Made by a program: the position numbers and the translations under genes
The notes under the pieces: generated by a model
Told to the model about the DNA's origin: nothing
Databases searched by the model: none
The model's input: the letters and a program-made list of their open reading frames with translations, nothing else
Shown: positions 11,604 to 21,423 of the stretch, in pieces
Position numbering within the stretch: the stretch's first letter is position 1
Layout of the letters: each line of letters begins with the position of its first letter
Assembly (NCBI GenBank): GCA_042852035.1
Contig: BAAFHK010000003.1
Span: 180,001-212,000, forward strand
DNA: 32,000 bases
Reading direction: 5' to 3'
Source of the DNA: Candidatus Saccharimonadota bacterium
GTDB taxonomy: Bacteria; Patescibacteriota; Gracilibacteria; BD1-5; UBA2023

Positions 11604-11776
11604 TTCTTGAATATACGAAGAAATATTGCGGAAATATTACTTTTCTTCAAAATTCCATCCTCATTCCTTCTTTGGACCATTTTCCATAATCTTGTAAAGT
11701 GAAAATGAAGCCGAATGTTTGGAATGATATTATGAATCTGTTACTATAGACTCACACCTTAGATTGCTAATTTTGT

Positions 11777-14773
11777 ATGCAGCGTTACCTTTACATATTC
11801 ATTGTGTATTTTCTTTCCTTCGTTGAATACGCGGGTGCAGTTAATAGATATGTAGCTACAAAGGAAGAAAAATGAGTTCAGTCGAGTAAGATTGGAGATT
11901 TTGTCGTAACGATCCTTGAAAACACTATCAATCTTCTTCTTTTTATCGTAGTTGCTTGGATTATGCTCAAGGTTATTCGCCTTGGGTATGAGGTGTTAAT
12001 GTCTGGACGACTTGTTTGTATGAAGGTCACACTCCCTCGTGCAGATTCAAAACTTGATAAAGAAAGAGAAACAAAAAAAGACTTTAAGGAGAAAGTTGGT
12101 ATCATGTCAATTTTTTATAAGTCAGTTCATAATCTTACCCAAGCAAGTGCCCTTGATACCGTAATGAATTTCTTCTTTAGGCATGCAAAAATTTCCCTTG
12201 AACTTATGTATCATGATGGGATGGTACATTTTTATGCCATAGGATATCAAGAGCACATGTCTCTCGTGGTTCAACAAATTACTTCAAACTACCCTGATGC
12301 CGAAGTAAAACTTATAGAGAGGGATAAATTTCCTGAAATTAAACCACTTGGCTTTACTCTTCAGGCAGCATCAGTCGGGAAGGTAAATGACGACGTTTTC
12401 CCTATTAAGACCTATAAATACTTTGAAGATGATCCACTTTCATCGTTTACGAATAACTTCTGATCACTCAAGAAAACGGATGTTGCATCAGTACAAATGG
12501 TGATGAAGCCACTTGGACATTCTTGGAATCGAAAAGCAAAACGAGCCGCAGGACTTGTGGCAAAAGGAGAGTATAAAAAGGGAATGAAATCCTCATTTAT
12601 CGTACAATTCTTAAAATGACTTATAGCACCAATAAATTGGCTTGCCTATCGTTTTGTGAAAAACGAGCAAAGCCCTGGGAGTAATGCTCCAGGGGCTACA
12701 AGCGGTGATTCGTATAAGATTTTTAACCAAGCAGAAACAGAAGCACATAAAATGGTTGGTGAGTCAGCGGGTCAGCCAGGATTCGCTGCATCTATAAGGA
12801 TTCTCGTTGCCTCTGATACGAGCGAATCAGCAAGAAATGCTCTACAAAATCTCGTAGCGGCTTCCTCTATTTTTACGGATGAATATAATAATCAACTCGA
12901 TAATCCACAACTCCTCGAAGATACTTTCCGCTTCCTTTTTACTCCATTACGATATTTTGCCTACCGATTTAGACTTCTTGGTATTCTTCAGACCGTATCA
13001 AAGTTTTCTTGTGATGAACTCTCAACGATATACCATTTCCCTGATATTAATTATAATAAGTCTCCAGTAATATCGTGGCTTGAGTATAAAATGCTTTCCC
13101 CTCCACCGAATTTGAGATTTCCCAAGGAGCCACTCATCATGAAGGACTATAAAAGAGATGCAAAGGGAAATATTTTCACAAACGACGGATCCCTTCTTCA
13201 GGTTGATAAGAATAAGAATCTTGTAAGAACGGCAGATAAAGACCTCCTTCTTCTTGACGGTACAGTTGTTCCAGTAGCTAAGGAAGGAGAATCAGTGGGT
13301 CGCCCTATCGATGAAGGGAAGACGCCAGTACAGGCTGATTTGCACCGTACACTCCAATGATTCCCACTCTTTAAAGATGGTGTTCTTATGGGATGGAACG
13401 AATACCGAAATCATCGTACCCCAATATATTTTGCCAAAAAGGATCGCGGACGTCACCACTATATAATAGGTAAATCTGGTTGAGGTAAGTCAGTATTTAT
13501 TGGATACCTTGCTCGCCAGGACCTTTGGACGGGGGATGGGCTCTGTGTTATTGATCCTCATGGTGATCTAGTAGAAGACATCGTTTCATTTACGCCAAAA
13601 GAAAGGGCTAAAGATATGATTATCTTTGATCCAGCAGACTATGAACGTCCAATGGGGCTGAATATGCTTGATATTATTGCAACTGACCCAGCTCTTCGAT
13701 CAATCGAGAAAGATCGAGCAGCCCTCGATGCTACCTCTATATTTATTAAGATGTACGGTGATGAGATATTTGGGCCACGTATCCAACACTATTTCCGTAA
13801 TGGATGTCTCACCCTCATGGATGATGAAGAAGAAGGAGGAACACTCATTGATGTGCCAAGACTATTTGTCGATGAATGATTCATGAAATACAAGACATCG
13901 AAGATAAAAAATGTAATGGTGAAAGCCTTCTGGGATCATGAATATGCTCAGACGGGTGATCGAGAAAAACAAGAAATGATTCCGTTTTTCTCAGCAAAAT
14001 TTGGACCATTCATCACAAATACAACCATGCGTAACATTATTGGACAGACGAAATCTGCCTTTAATCTGCGTCAAGTTATGGATCAACAGAAGGTTCTTAT
14101 GGTGAATCTTTCAAAGGGTCGCATCGGAGATCTCAATGCTCAACTTCTCGGTCTCATTATGGTTTCAAAAATTAATATGGCCGCAATGAGTCGTGCTGAT
14201 ATTCCGGAAGATCAAAGAAAAGACTTTTATCTTTACGTCGACGAATTTCAGAACTTTGCGACCGATACTTTCTGAGAAATCCTCTCTGAGGCTCGTAAGT
14301 ATCGACTAGCACTTATTATGGCTCACCAATTTATCGCTCAAATCTGAGGAAGCGGTGCAAAAAAATGAGATAAACCTTCTATTAAAGATGCTGTATTTGG
14401 GAATGCGGGAACAATCATGTCTTTTAAGGTTGGTGCTGAAGATGCTGAATATCTCGAGAAAGAATATGCTCCAATGCTCTCACAACAAGATATTATTTGA
14501 ATTGCGAATTTCACAACTTACTGTAAACTCAATATCGATAATGCAACAACTCGACCATTCGATCTTAAGACAATTTGGGACAATACCTATAAGAATGCAG
14601 AAGTATCGAAGATTATCAAAGAGTACTCAAGAAAAATGTATGGAAGAAAAAAGGAGTATGTCGATATGGAAATCGAGGCCCGCATGGGTATTGTACGAGA
14701 AGAAGAATCCCAGAGTACTCCCACTCCTTCTGCTGACCCAACTTTATGAAATCCTAACCAAGGAAATCCTTAA
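11777..14773 (+). CDS. VirD4/TraD-like type IV secretion coupling ATPase with N-terminal membrane anchor
   Basis: Frame open from ATG 11777 (preceded by TAA 11768-11770), through TGA 11873, into track ORFs 11963..12463, 12656..13360, 13616..13879 and 13883..14275, ending at TAA 14771-14773 (998 codons). It has two N-terminal hydrophobic segments. Motifs: Walker A HHYIIGKSGGGKS (Gly = TGA 13481-13483), VIDPHGDL, Walker B FYLYVDEFQNFAT, ARKYRLALIMAHQFIAQI. The N-terminal VCMKVTLP...HFYAIGYQEHMSLVVQQITSNYPDAEV region resembles the domain preceding TraD-like ATPases in CPR genomes. Confidence 0.75.
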
Positions 14774-14779
14774 ACTCCT

Positions 14780-16009
14780 ATGAACTTCCTTCACCGACTC
14801 CTCCCAGTGGTCGTATTCATCTTAGTAGTGCTTGATGCTGTACTTCTTTTCTGATTTTGAAATCAGTGAATTTTGAAGTGATTTGTAAATAGCTCACCAC
14901 TTCTCTCTTCGCTGATTATTTTAGCATGACTTCCGCTTCTCTATTTTATTACGTATAAAGCCTATATCTGACCGATACAGAGACTCAATAAAAGTATTTC
15001 TCGTTTTATGACGGGGATAGATGAAGAGCCAGTTCTTGAAGCAAATGCCTGGAGTAAGGGGATGAATTATGTTATTTGATTTTTTGTAAAGTCGCTTCAA
15101 ATTCTCCGTATTTTCAAAAAGGAACTTAGAGAAGGAAGACAGCTTCGAACCGAAGTAGAAATCGCATCAGAAATACAAAAGAACGTTATGGCGGATAGCA
15201 ATAGTATCGTTCCTTCTTTGGAGATTGCACTTGCGACACATTCTGCTTCTGAGGTTGGAGGTGATTCTCTTGGTATTATCTCTTGAGTGGATGAAAACTA
15301 TTACATGTATATATGAGATGTAACTTGACATGGCGTTCCAAGTGGGCTTGTTATGATGATGGTGAATGCTCTGGTATCAGCATTTGTACTGAGAGAAGAA
15401 AGCAGTGCGAAAGTGCTTGCCGAAACAAATCGAATCCTAAAGCCTCGCATTAAACAAAATATGATGATGAGTGCAGTAATGCTTCGGTGGGACTATAAAG
15501 ATAAGGCACTCTACTATACTTGAGCAGGACATGAATTCATTCTTCTTTATAGCAAAAGAGAAAACAAAGTATTCAAAATTAAAACGGGTTGAGTAGCTCT
15601 TGGTATGATGAGAGATGCATCAAAACTTTATAAAGAACAGCAGATTCGATTTGAGCCTGAAGATATTATTATTCTTTATACGGATGGAGTTACAGAAGCT
15701 CGTTATCGAAGTGAACAAAATTGACTTCTTTTCGGAATTGATAAAATGGTCGAGTCAATTTTGAAGGTTCCAGAAAAAACAGCAGATAACATTTTTCGAC
15801 AAATCACTATCGATCTTTCGGCTCATATGGGCTATAAACACAAGCAGTACGATGATATTTCTCTTTTTGTCGCTCGATATGCTGGAGGTTCAGGATCTAC
15901 GAATACAGCAGCTCATGAACTTATAGATCAGAGTAATATCACAGAATGGAATTGGTGAAGAGCTCCCGTAACCTTCAAACCCTCGCTAACACTAGATACA
16001 AATTCGTAA
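14780..16009 (+). CDS. membrane-anchored PP2C-family (SpoIIE/RsbU-like) serine phosphatase
   Basis: ATG 14780 lies 6 nt after the preceding stop, in the same frame as track ORF 15746..15958. Two N-terminal TM helices and a linker are followed by EIQKNVM...SEVGGDSLGI...YIGDVTGHGVPSGLVMMMV...GAGHEFILLY...IIILYTDGVTEAR...DDISLFVARY, the SpoIIE/PPM signature. In-frame TGA at 15956 is followed by 16 codons, then TAA 16007-16009. Confidence 0.85.
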
Positions 16010-16012
16010 CAT

Positions 16013-18067
16013 ATGGCAGTTCCTACGCTCGCTGAGCTCATACAAGAAAACTATACGTGAGATGTCGAATGACTCGAAGCACCTCTTTTGGTCAATCCTC
16101 CTGAAATAAAGAAAGAAATCGAAAAAACTGATATAAATGCAAATTTTTTCCCTTCGAATGAACCCCAGAATAGTCCTACTGCCCCTGTCCCAGCAAGAGT
16201 GAATATTGATTCCGATCCTTCAAGTTCACTTTTTATTACCCCAGAGATGGCGCAGCCACCGTCATCCAGTGCACCAAATCCGAAGAATGTTTCGATGGTT
16301 GAGGATCCAAATAAAAAGCTTACGAAAGAAGAGGCTGAAGAGCTCAGAAGAACTGAAAAAGAATATAAAGAGGCTCTTGCGTTTGTGAAAGATATGATTG
16401 CTCCGCCCATGATGCGAATCGATGCAACCAAGCTTCAGATTGGAGATACTTTTGTGAGAACTACCTATACGTACGCTTATCCTGATGTTTTGGAAGGGAA
16501 TTGGCTTTCCCCTCTTATTAACTGGGATGTAAAATTCGACGTATCCATGTTTATTTATCCAGTTGATTCAGCCCATGTGATGCGCTTTCTTCGGAGGAGA
16601 CTGACTCAGCTGAGGTCCCAGTATGCAATCAATCGTGATAAATGACTTATAGAAGACCCTCATCTGAATGCCCAAATGCAAGATGTTGAAGAGCTTCAGG
16701 TGTCACTTACACGAGGTCAGGAGAAATACTTTCATTTCTCTCTCTATATTACCACGTATGCAGAGACTGAAGATGATATGAAGCGTCTCTCGAATACTCT
16801 CGATGTCATGCTCTCAGGTCGAAATATTCTTACAAAGCAAGCCCTTCTTCGTACGGAGCAGGGGTTTATCGCAACAGGTCCATTCGCTCGAGATGAAGTA
16901 CTCGTGTACCGAAATATTTCAACAAAAGGTCTTTCGACAACTTTTCCTTTCTCATCAAATTCTCTTTCCCAGGACGATGGAATATTTTACTGAATAAATA
17001 CCCATAATAATTCTCTTATTATTTTTGATCGCTTCAGAACAGAAAATGCGAACATGTGCGTTTTTGCAAAATCAGGTTGAGGAAAGTCTTTTGCTGTAAA
17101 ACTCGAAATTCTTCGGTCGCTTATGATGGGGACTGATGTTATCGTTCTAGATCCTGAAAATGAGTACAAGGCTCTTGTTGATACGGTTTGAGGAACTTAC
17201 TTAAACATTAATCTCAACTCGAACGAACGTATTAATCCTTTTGATCTTCCAAGAGGCATGAAAGATACTGAAGCTCATGCTGGAGATTTGCTACGATGAG
17301 CGATTGTGAATATGATTGGTCTTCTTCGTCTCATGCTCGGAAGTGTGACACCAAGTGAAGAGGCAATTATGGAACGAGCACTGATAACTACGTATTCTCT
17401 TAAGGGGATTACTATGGAAGATGATCGAGCGGAATGAAAGGAAGTTCCACTTATGAGAGATTTTGTGTCGGTACTTGAAACTATGGATGGAGCAAAATGA
17501 CTTGTTGAACGACTTGATAAATATGTCAATGGAGTTTTTGCATGAGTTTTCTCTGAGCCAACAAATGTAGACCTTAAAGATGGACTTGTTGTATTTTCAG
17601 TTCGTGATCTTGATGAGATTCTCCGTCCAATTGCCATGTATATTATCCTTAATTACGTTTGGAATGTTGCAAGAAGTTCAGAGAAAAAACGAACTCTTGT
17701 TGTGGACGAGGCATGGAATATCATGCAGTATGAAGACTCAGCAAAATTCCTCTTCGGTCTTGTAAAGCGAGCTCGTAAATATGGACTCGGGGTTACAACC
17801 ATTACTCAGGATGTAGAGGATTTTATGCAGAATCAATATGGGAAAGCTATCGTAACAAATTCTTCAATCCAACTTCTTCTTAAGCAGTCACCCGCATCAA
17901 TCGATATATTACAAGACACATTTAAGCTTACAGAACAAGAAAAATATATTCTCCTAAATGCTTCAGTTGGTACGGGCCTCTTCTTCGCGGGAGGGGAGCA
18001 TGTTGGTATCCAGATCCTTGCCTCGTACTTCGAAGAGAAAATTATTACGACGAAGCCGAAGGTATAA
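16013..18067 (+). CDS. VirB4/TraC-like type IV secretion ATPase (DUF87/AAA_10-like)
   Basis: ATG 16013 lies 3 nt after the phosphatase stop. It joins track ORFs 16088..16645, 16676..16993 and 17636..18067. Motifs: Walker A MCVFAKSGGGKSF (Gly = TGA 17078-17080), VIVLDPENEY, Walker B RTLVVDEAWNIM, RKYGLGVTTITQDVEDF, SSIQLLLKQ. The first ~110 aa are Pro/Ser/Glu-rich low complexity. Confidence 0.85.
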
Positions 18068-18212
18068 TAATTTCTGGAAAATTCCGTCAGAGAGTTCTAC
18101 GGATTCGAGAGTGAGAGTTTATCCAGTTGAGAGTTCGGAATATTTTCATAAGATTTTTGATAGTCTCTTTTTGATTTGGATTTATTCAATCAAGTGCTAA
18201 AAGTACACGATT

Positions 18213-18719
18213 CCTAAAATCTTGTTCAAGGCCTTTAAGTTCAAATTCCGGAAATTCTGTTGCGAATGTTTTTTGTCAGCGTCTTCGATCATCATTTCTA
18301 TCAATTATATCATCATAGACCTGCATCCAAGAGCCTAGCTGGAAGACTGCTGCATTCAGGCTTTCATGGTCTCATGTTCCAAAAAATTGTCCAAATCCAA
18401 TAGTCATGGTTGAAGTATTTCATCAGGTGTCTCGTGCAATATTTACCCAATCATCAAATGACCCTCCTTCCATAATTAATTGATTCCGTACTACAGACTC
18501 GAGTCTTTTTAATGTGTCACAAAGGTCACTATTTTCTCAAATGAGTTTATGAAATTCAAAGGCTAAAAGCTCGAGTTCATGCAAATGAGGGGTATCGAAA
18601 TACAGCATCTCACTCGTTTCTCAAGAAAGTAGTAGAAGAAAATGTTTTAATATTTCTCTCTTATGTTCCACCGCAAGCTCAGAGTATTCATTATCGGTGA
18701 GATTATCAATATTTCTCAT
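18213..18719 (-). CDS. hypothetical protein, polyprenyl-synthase-like C-terminal-half remnant
   Basis: Hand translation from ATG 18717-18719 to TAG 18213-18215, 168 aa. ARDTGGNTSTMTIGFGQFFGTGDHESLNAAVFQLGSWMQVYDDIIDRNDDRRRGQKTF resembles the KTG...G.aFQ..DD..D second Asp-rich region of trans-prenyltransferases. No first DDxxD motif was found and the C-terminus is short. Confidence 0.35.
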
Positions 18720-18748
18720 GACTATTCAAAATAGCATGGCAGCAAGTT

Positions 18749-18946
18749 TTATACCTTTTCTTTTATTTTCTGGTACTCAGTAGAGTTTTGATGATACATC
18801 TCAGGTCCAATATCAAATTCCGGCACGAAAGCTCGCATGTGTAAGAAGAATCTCGCGAACTTTTCATTGAATATTGGGGAATTTTTCTTGTATAAAGTGA
18901 CGATATTCAACCCTTCATTCATATATTTGTCAAAGTCATCTTGCAA
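18749..18946 (-). CDS. small hypothetical protein
   Basis: Track ORF with a TTG start (first ATG at 18920-18922 gives 57 aa) and a TAA stop at 18749-18751. It lies immediately upstream of the ORF above, in a different frame. No recognisable motif. Confidence 0.25.
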   Translation of the reverse strand: MQDDFDKYMNEGLNIVTLYKKNSPIFNEKFARFFLHMRAFVPEFDIGPEMYHQNSTEYQKIKEKV

Positions 18947-18977
18947 GCATGAAATTATTTATATATAAATAATTTAT

Positions 18978-19205
18978 TTAGTCAATAACTATTACTTTCT
19001 TTCGAGTATTTGTCCATCCGCCCACAATCTCCCACTTCCTCCCTGTCTCTTCTTCGAGGTATTCGAGGAGTTCTGTATTTGCTTTCCCATCTTCTGGGAT
19101 GGCTTTGAGTCGAATTTTATAGCTTCCGTCATCCATTATTCCTACAAATTCTGTCTTTTTTGCTCTTGGGATGACCTTTATGGTGAGGATGTTGATGTCG
19201 GGCAT
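18978..19205 (-). CDS. DUF167 (YggU-like) family protein
   Basis: Only the C-terminal 75 aa of track ORF 18978..19721 is taken (MPDINILTIKVIPRAKKTEFVGIMDDGSYKIRLKAIPEDGKANTELLEYLEEETGRKWEIVGGWTNTRKKVIVID). This is the typical DUF167 length and pattern (V.P.A..... ..l...APP.dGkAN..l). The rest of that ORF is antisense to mtaB. Confidence 0.7.
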   Translation of the reverse strand: MPDINILTIKVIPRAKKTEFVGIMDDGSYKIRLKAIPEDGKANTELLEYLEEETGRKWEIVGGWTNTRKKVIVID

Positions 19206-19250
19206 GAGAGAAAGTTGCATACTCGGAGTTTCTCGATATAAAGTGGCTCT

Positions 19251-20549
19251 ATGGAGTATAAAGTTTTCGGGTGCAAAACCAATAGATATTTTGCAGAAAA
19301 GTGGCTCATGCATCCTCACCTTGAGGGAAAGGGGGGATATTTTATTGCCTCTTGTGTTGTCACGGATAAGGCGAAGGCTAAATGGCTCAAACATGCTAAA
19401 AGAGTAATCCCAAAGCTCGAAAAAAACCAGAGCCTCTACCTCTCTGGGTGTGGTAATATTCGTGATGGAGTTGTCGATCCAAAATTCTATGAGATCTATC
19501 CGGAACTTAGTGATTATCGAGAGAAAATAGAGATCCTCCCCGAAGATCCTGAGGATTTTACTCTTACTCCTGAGCAAAAAAAGGAAATTATGGTGAGCAA
19601 AATCAGAAAGCTCAGAAGTCTTAAGAAAGAAGGTATTTTCACGCGTAAGTTCCTCGTCGTTCAGACGGGGTGTGATAATTTCTGTACCTTTTGTCTTACG
19701 GTTCAGGCTCGGGGTCGACATAAATGGAGGCCTATTGATGAGATTCTTGAAGAAATCAATGACTTTATTGATGGAGGAGGCAAAGAGGTAGTTCTTACAG
19801 GTATAAATCTTTGAGCCTGGTGATCCCCATCATCAAATGACTTCCAGTTGTCGAAGTTTGTCGAACTTGTCGAAGTTATTCTCAGAAAAACTACTATAAA
19901 TCGCTTAAGAATCTCATCACTTGGTGTCGAATTTATGTCGGATGAACTAATTTCACTTTTTTGAAAGAAGCGAATTAATCCCTATGTTCATCTTTCTATT
20001 CAATCAGCATCATCAAAAATACTGAAAGCAATGAATCGTCACTATACTGGAGATAGGCTTCGAGAGGTTCTCGAGAAATTGAGAAACGTAAAACGTGAAG
20101 ATGGGCAACTCCTTAATATCTGAGCTGATCTTATCGTAGGTTTTCCAGGTGAAACAGAAGAAGACTTTTGAGAAACAAAGGAAATTGTCGAAGTATTTAA
20201 AATTACCCAACTTCATGCTTTCCCTTTTTCAGCACATATTGATCACTATCATGTACCAGCAGGGACTTATCCAAATCAAGTACCAAATCATGTTATACAG
20301 AGAAGGCTCAAAGAGCTTCTTCATGTTTGAGAACGAACATTCCTCTCTTTTGCAGAAAATGCGATTGGGAAAGAATACTCTGTTCTTCTTGAGAGAGTCA
20401 ATGGTCAGAATTTTTCCGGGTGGTCAGAAAATTATCTCTACTGTAATGAGACAAACTTTGAGGTATTCCCATGACAAGAGCTACGAAGGGGCGCTATTAT
20501 TCATTGAATTTATAAAAGCCCTATAATACATTCAAATGAAGAAGGTTAA
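19251..20549 (+). CDS. mtaB: radical SAM methylthiotransferase, MiaB/RimO family (MtaB-like)
   Basis: Track ORF 19251..19814 continues through 6 TGA codons to TAA 20547-20549 (432 aa). Features: the N-terminal MTTase domain FGCKTNRYFAE, the radical SAM cluster motif GCDNFCTFC, IVGFPGETEEDF, and a TRAM-like C-terminus. Confidence 0.8.
19849..19876 (+). repeat. three tandem TGTCGAA(G/C)T repeats inside mtaB
   Basis: TGTCGAAGTtTGTCGAACTTGTCGAAGT at 19849, 19859 and 19868, encoding LSKFVELVEV. Further copies lie at 19925 (TGTCGAATT) and 20186 (exact). Confidence 0.9.
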
Positions 20550-20789
20550 TTATTTCTTTCATGGAGGATTTTTTGTCTCCTTTGAGAAACTCCCGATTAC
20601 ACTTTCGATGAATCTCATAGGAACGCTCTCGAACTGTATAGCAAGCTCACGAAGGTGATTGGCGTATTCGAGTAGCTTATTTGCATGATCCATCATGCTG
20701 TAGGCCTTCCAAAGTACCATCATTAGTGGAATTGATATAAAGACAGCACAGACGGAAAGTACGATGAAGAGGATATCTTGGGATTGCAT
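20550..20789 (-). CDS. small single-pass membrane protein
   Basis: Track ORF 20559..20789 has one N-terminal TM helix. In-frame TGA 20559-20561 is followed by two Lys codons and TAA 20550-20552. Its stop abuts the mtaB stop. Confidence 0.45.
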
Positions 20790-20817
20790 AGAATTAAGGG
20801 GGGTGAAGGGCTAAATA

Positions 20818-21396
20818 TTATTTTCCTGCAAGAGGATCTGTTACTGGTGTTGGTATTTCTTTTTTTTCTTCCGGGGAACTGGTATCATTTTTTCATCCGC
20901 TATTTTCTTTATTCGGTTCATCAATTTTTTGAGCATCATCATATTTTCCATCGTAACATCGAGTTTCCCACCATTTCACTATACTTGCAACATCGCTTCC
21001 ATGAAATGTTTCTTCCCCGATATACCATACCTTCATATCAACAGGAGTTGAAATTGCTAGGTAGGTTGCCAGTTCACTTTCTTTCGATACTTCCACAAAA
21101 CGAATTTCTGCTGCATCTGACCAGGCTTGTGCACTCCAAATTGGCATACGCATAAGTATCTCCCGCGAATCAGCTTGCGTCTCATCATAAGCAATAAGAA
21201 TAATCCTCTTTTTTGTAAGAAAGTCCTTATATTCGTCAATTGTTTTTATTACAACAGGGGTATTTTGAAGTTGCTTTTGAGTAAAGTCGATTGCCTTAAA
21301 TCCGGCTACTTTTGCCTTCTCAAGCATTGGTCATGCTTTTTCTTTGAGGGGCGCTGTAGCATCAAGGAGTTTCTGTTTAAACGAGGTGAAATCCAT
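20818..21396 (-). CDS. hypothetical protein, possible thioredoxin-like fold without CxxC
   Basis: Track ORF 20893..21327 extends upstream through TGA 21331 to ATG 21394-21396, and downstream through TGA 20893 to TAA 20818-20820. The pattern KRIILIAYDE...PIWSAQAW...VDMKVWYIGEE is Trx-fold-like, which is a weak assignment. Confidence 0.45.
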
Positions 21397-21423
21397 ACAG
21401 TAAATTAGATATAAAGGAGAGTT

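Noticed and set aside
10524-11610. A series of + strand ORFs (10524..10721, 10570..10782, 10828..11010, 11162..11356, 11368..11610).
   Set aside because: They are antisense to the full-length comM frame and have no recognisable motifs, so they are shadow ORFs. The same applies to 7958..8209 and 8651..8950 (antisense to trxB), 16051..16431 and 17275..17637 (antisense to the VirB4-like gene), and 25175..25537 (antisense to secF).
11872-11889. Mini-ORF ATG AGT TCA GTC GAG TAA, first considered as the start of the VirD4-like gene, which would imply a frameshift.
   Set aside because: Re-reading the correct frame shows it is open from ATG 11777 through TGA 11873, so no frameshift is needed.
11777-18067. 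The T4SS-like genes as part of an integrative conjugative element or plasmid remnant.
   Set aside because: I could find no integrase, relaxase, replication or partition genes, tRNA target or flanking direct repeats in the window, and the neighbours are housekeeping genes. The mobile-element call is unsupported, though not excluded beyond the window.
18090-18135. Three GAGAGTT heptamers (18090, 18113, 18129) in the convergent intergenic region after the VirB4-like gene.
   Set aside because: They are short, irregularly spaced (23 and 16 nt) and easily arise by chance in AG-rich DNA. No associated structure was seen.
18978-19721. A 247-aa minus-strand ORF.
   Set aside because: Only the last 75 codons (18978..19205) look like a real DUF167 protein. 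The upstream 170 codons are antisense to the well-supported mtaB-like gene that starts at 19251.
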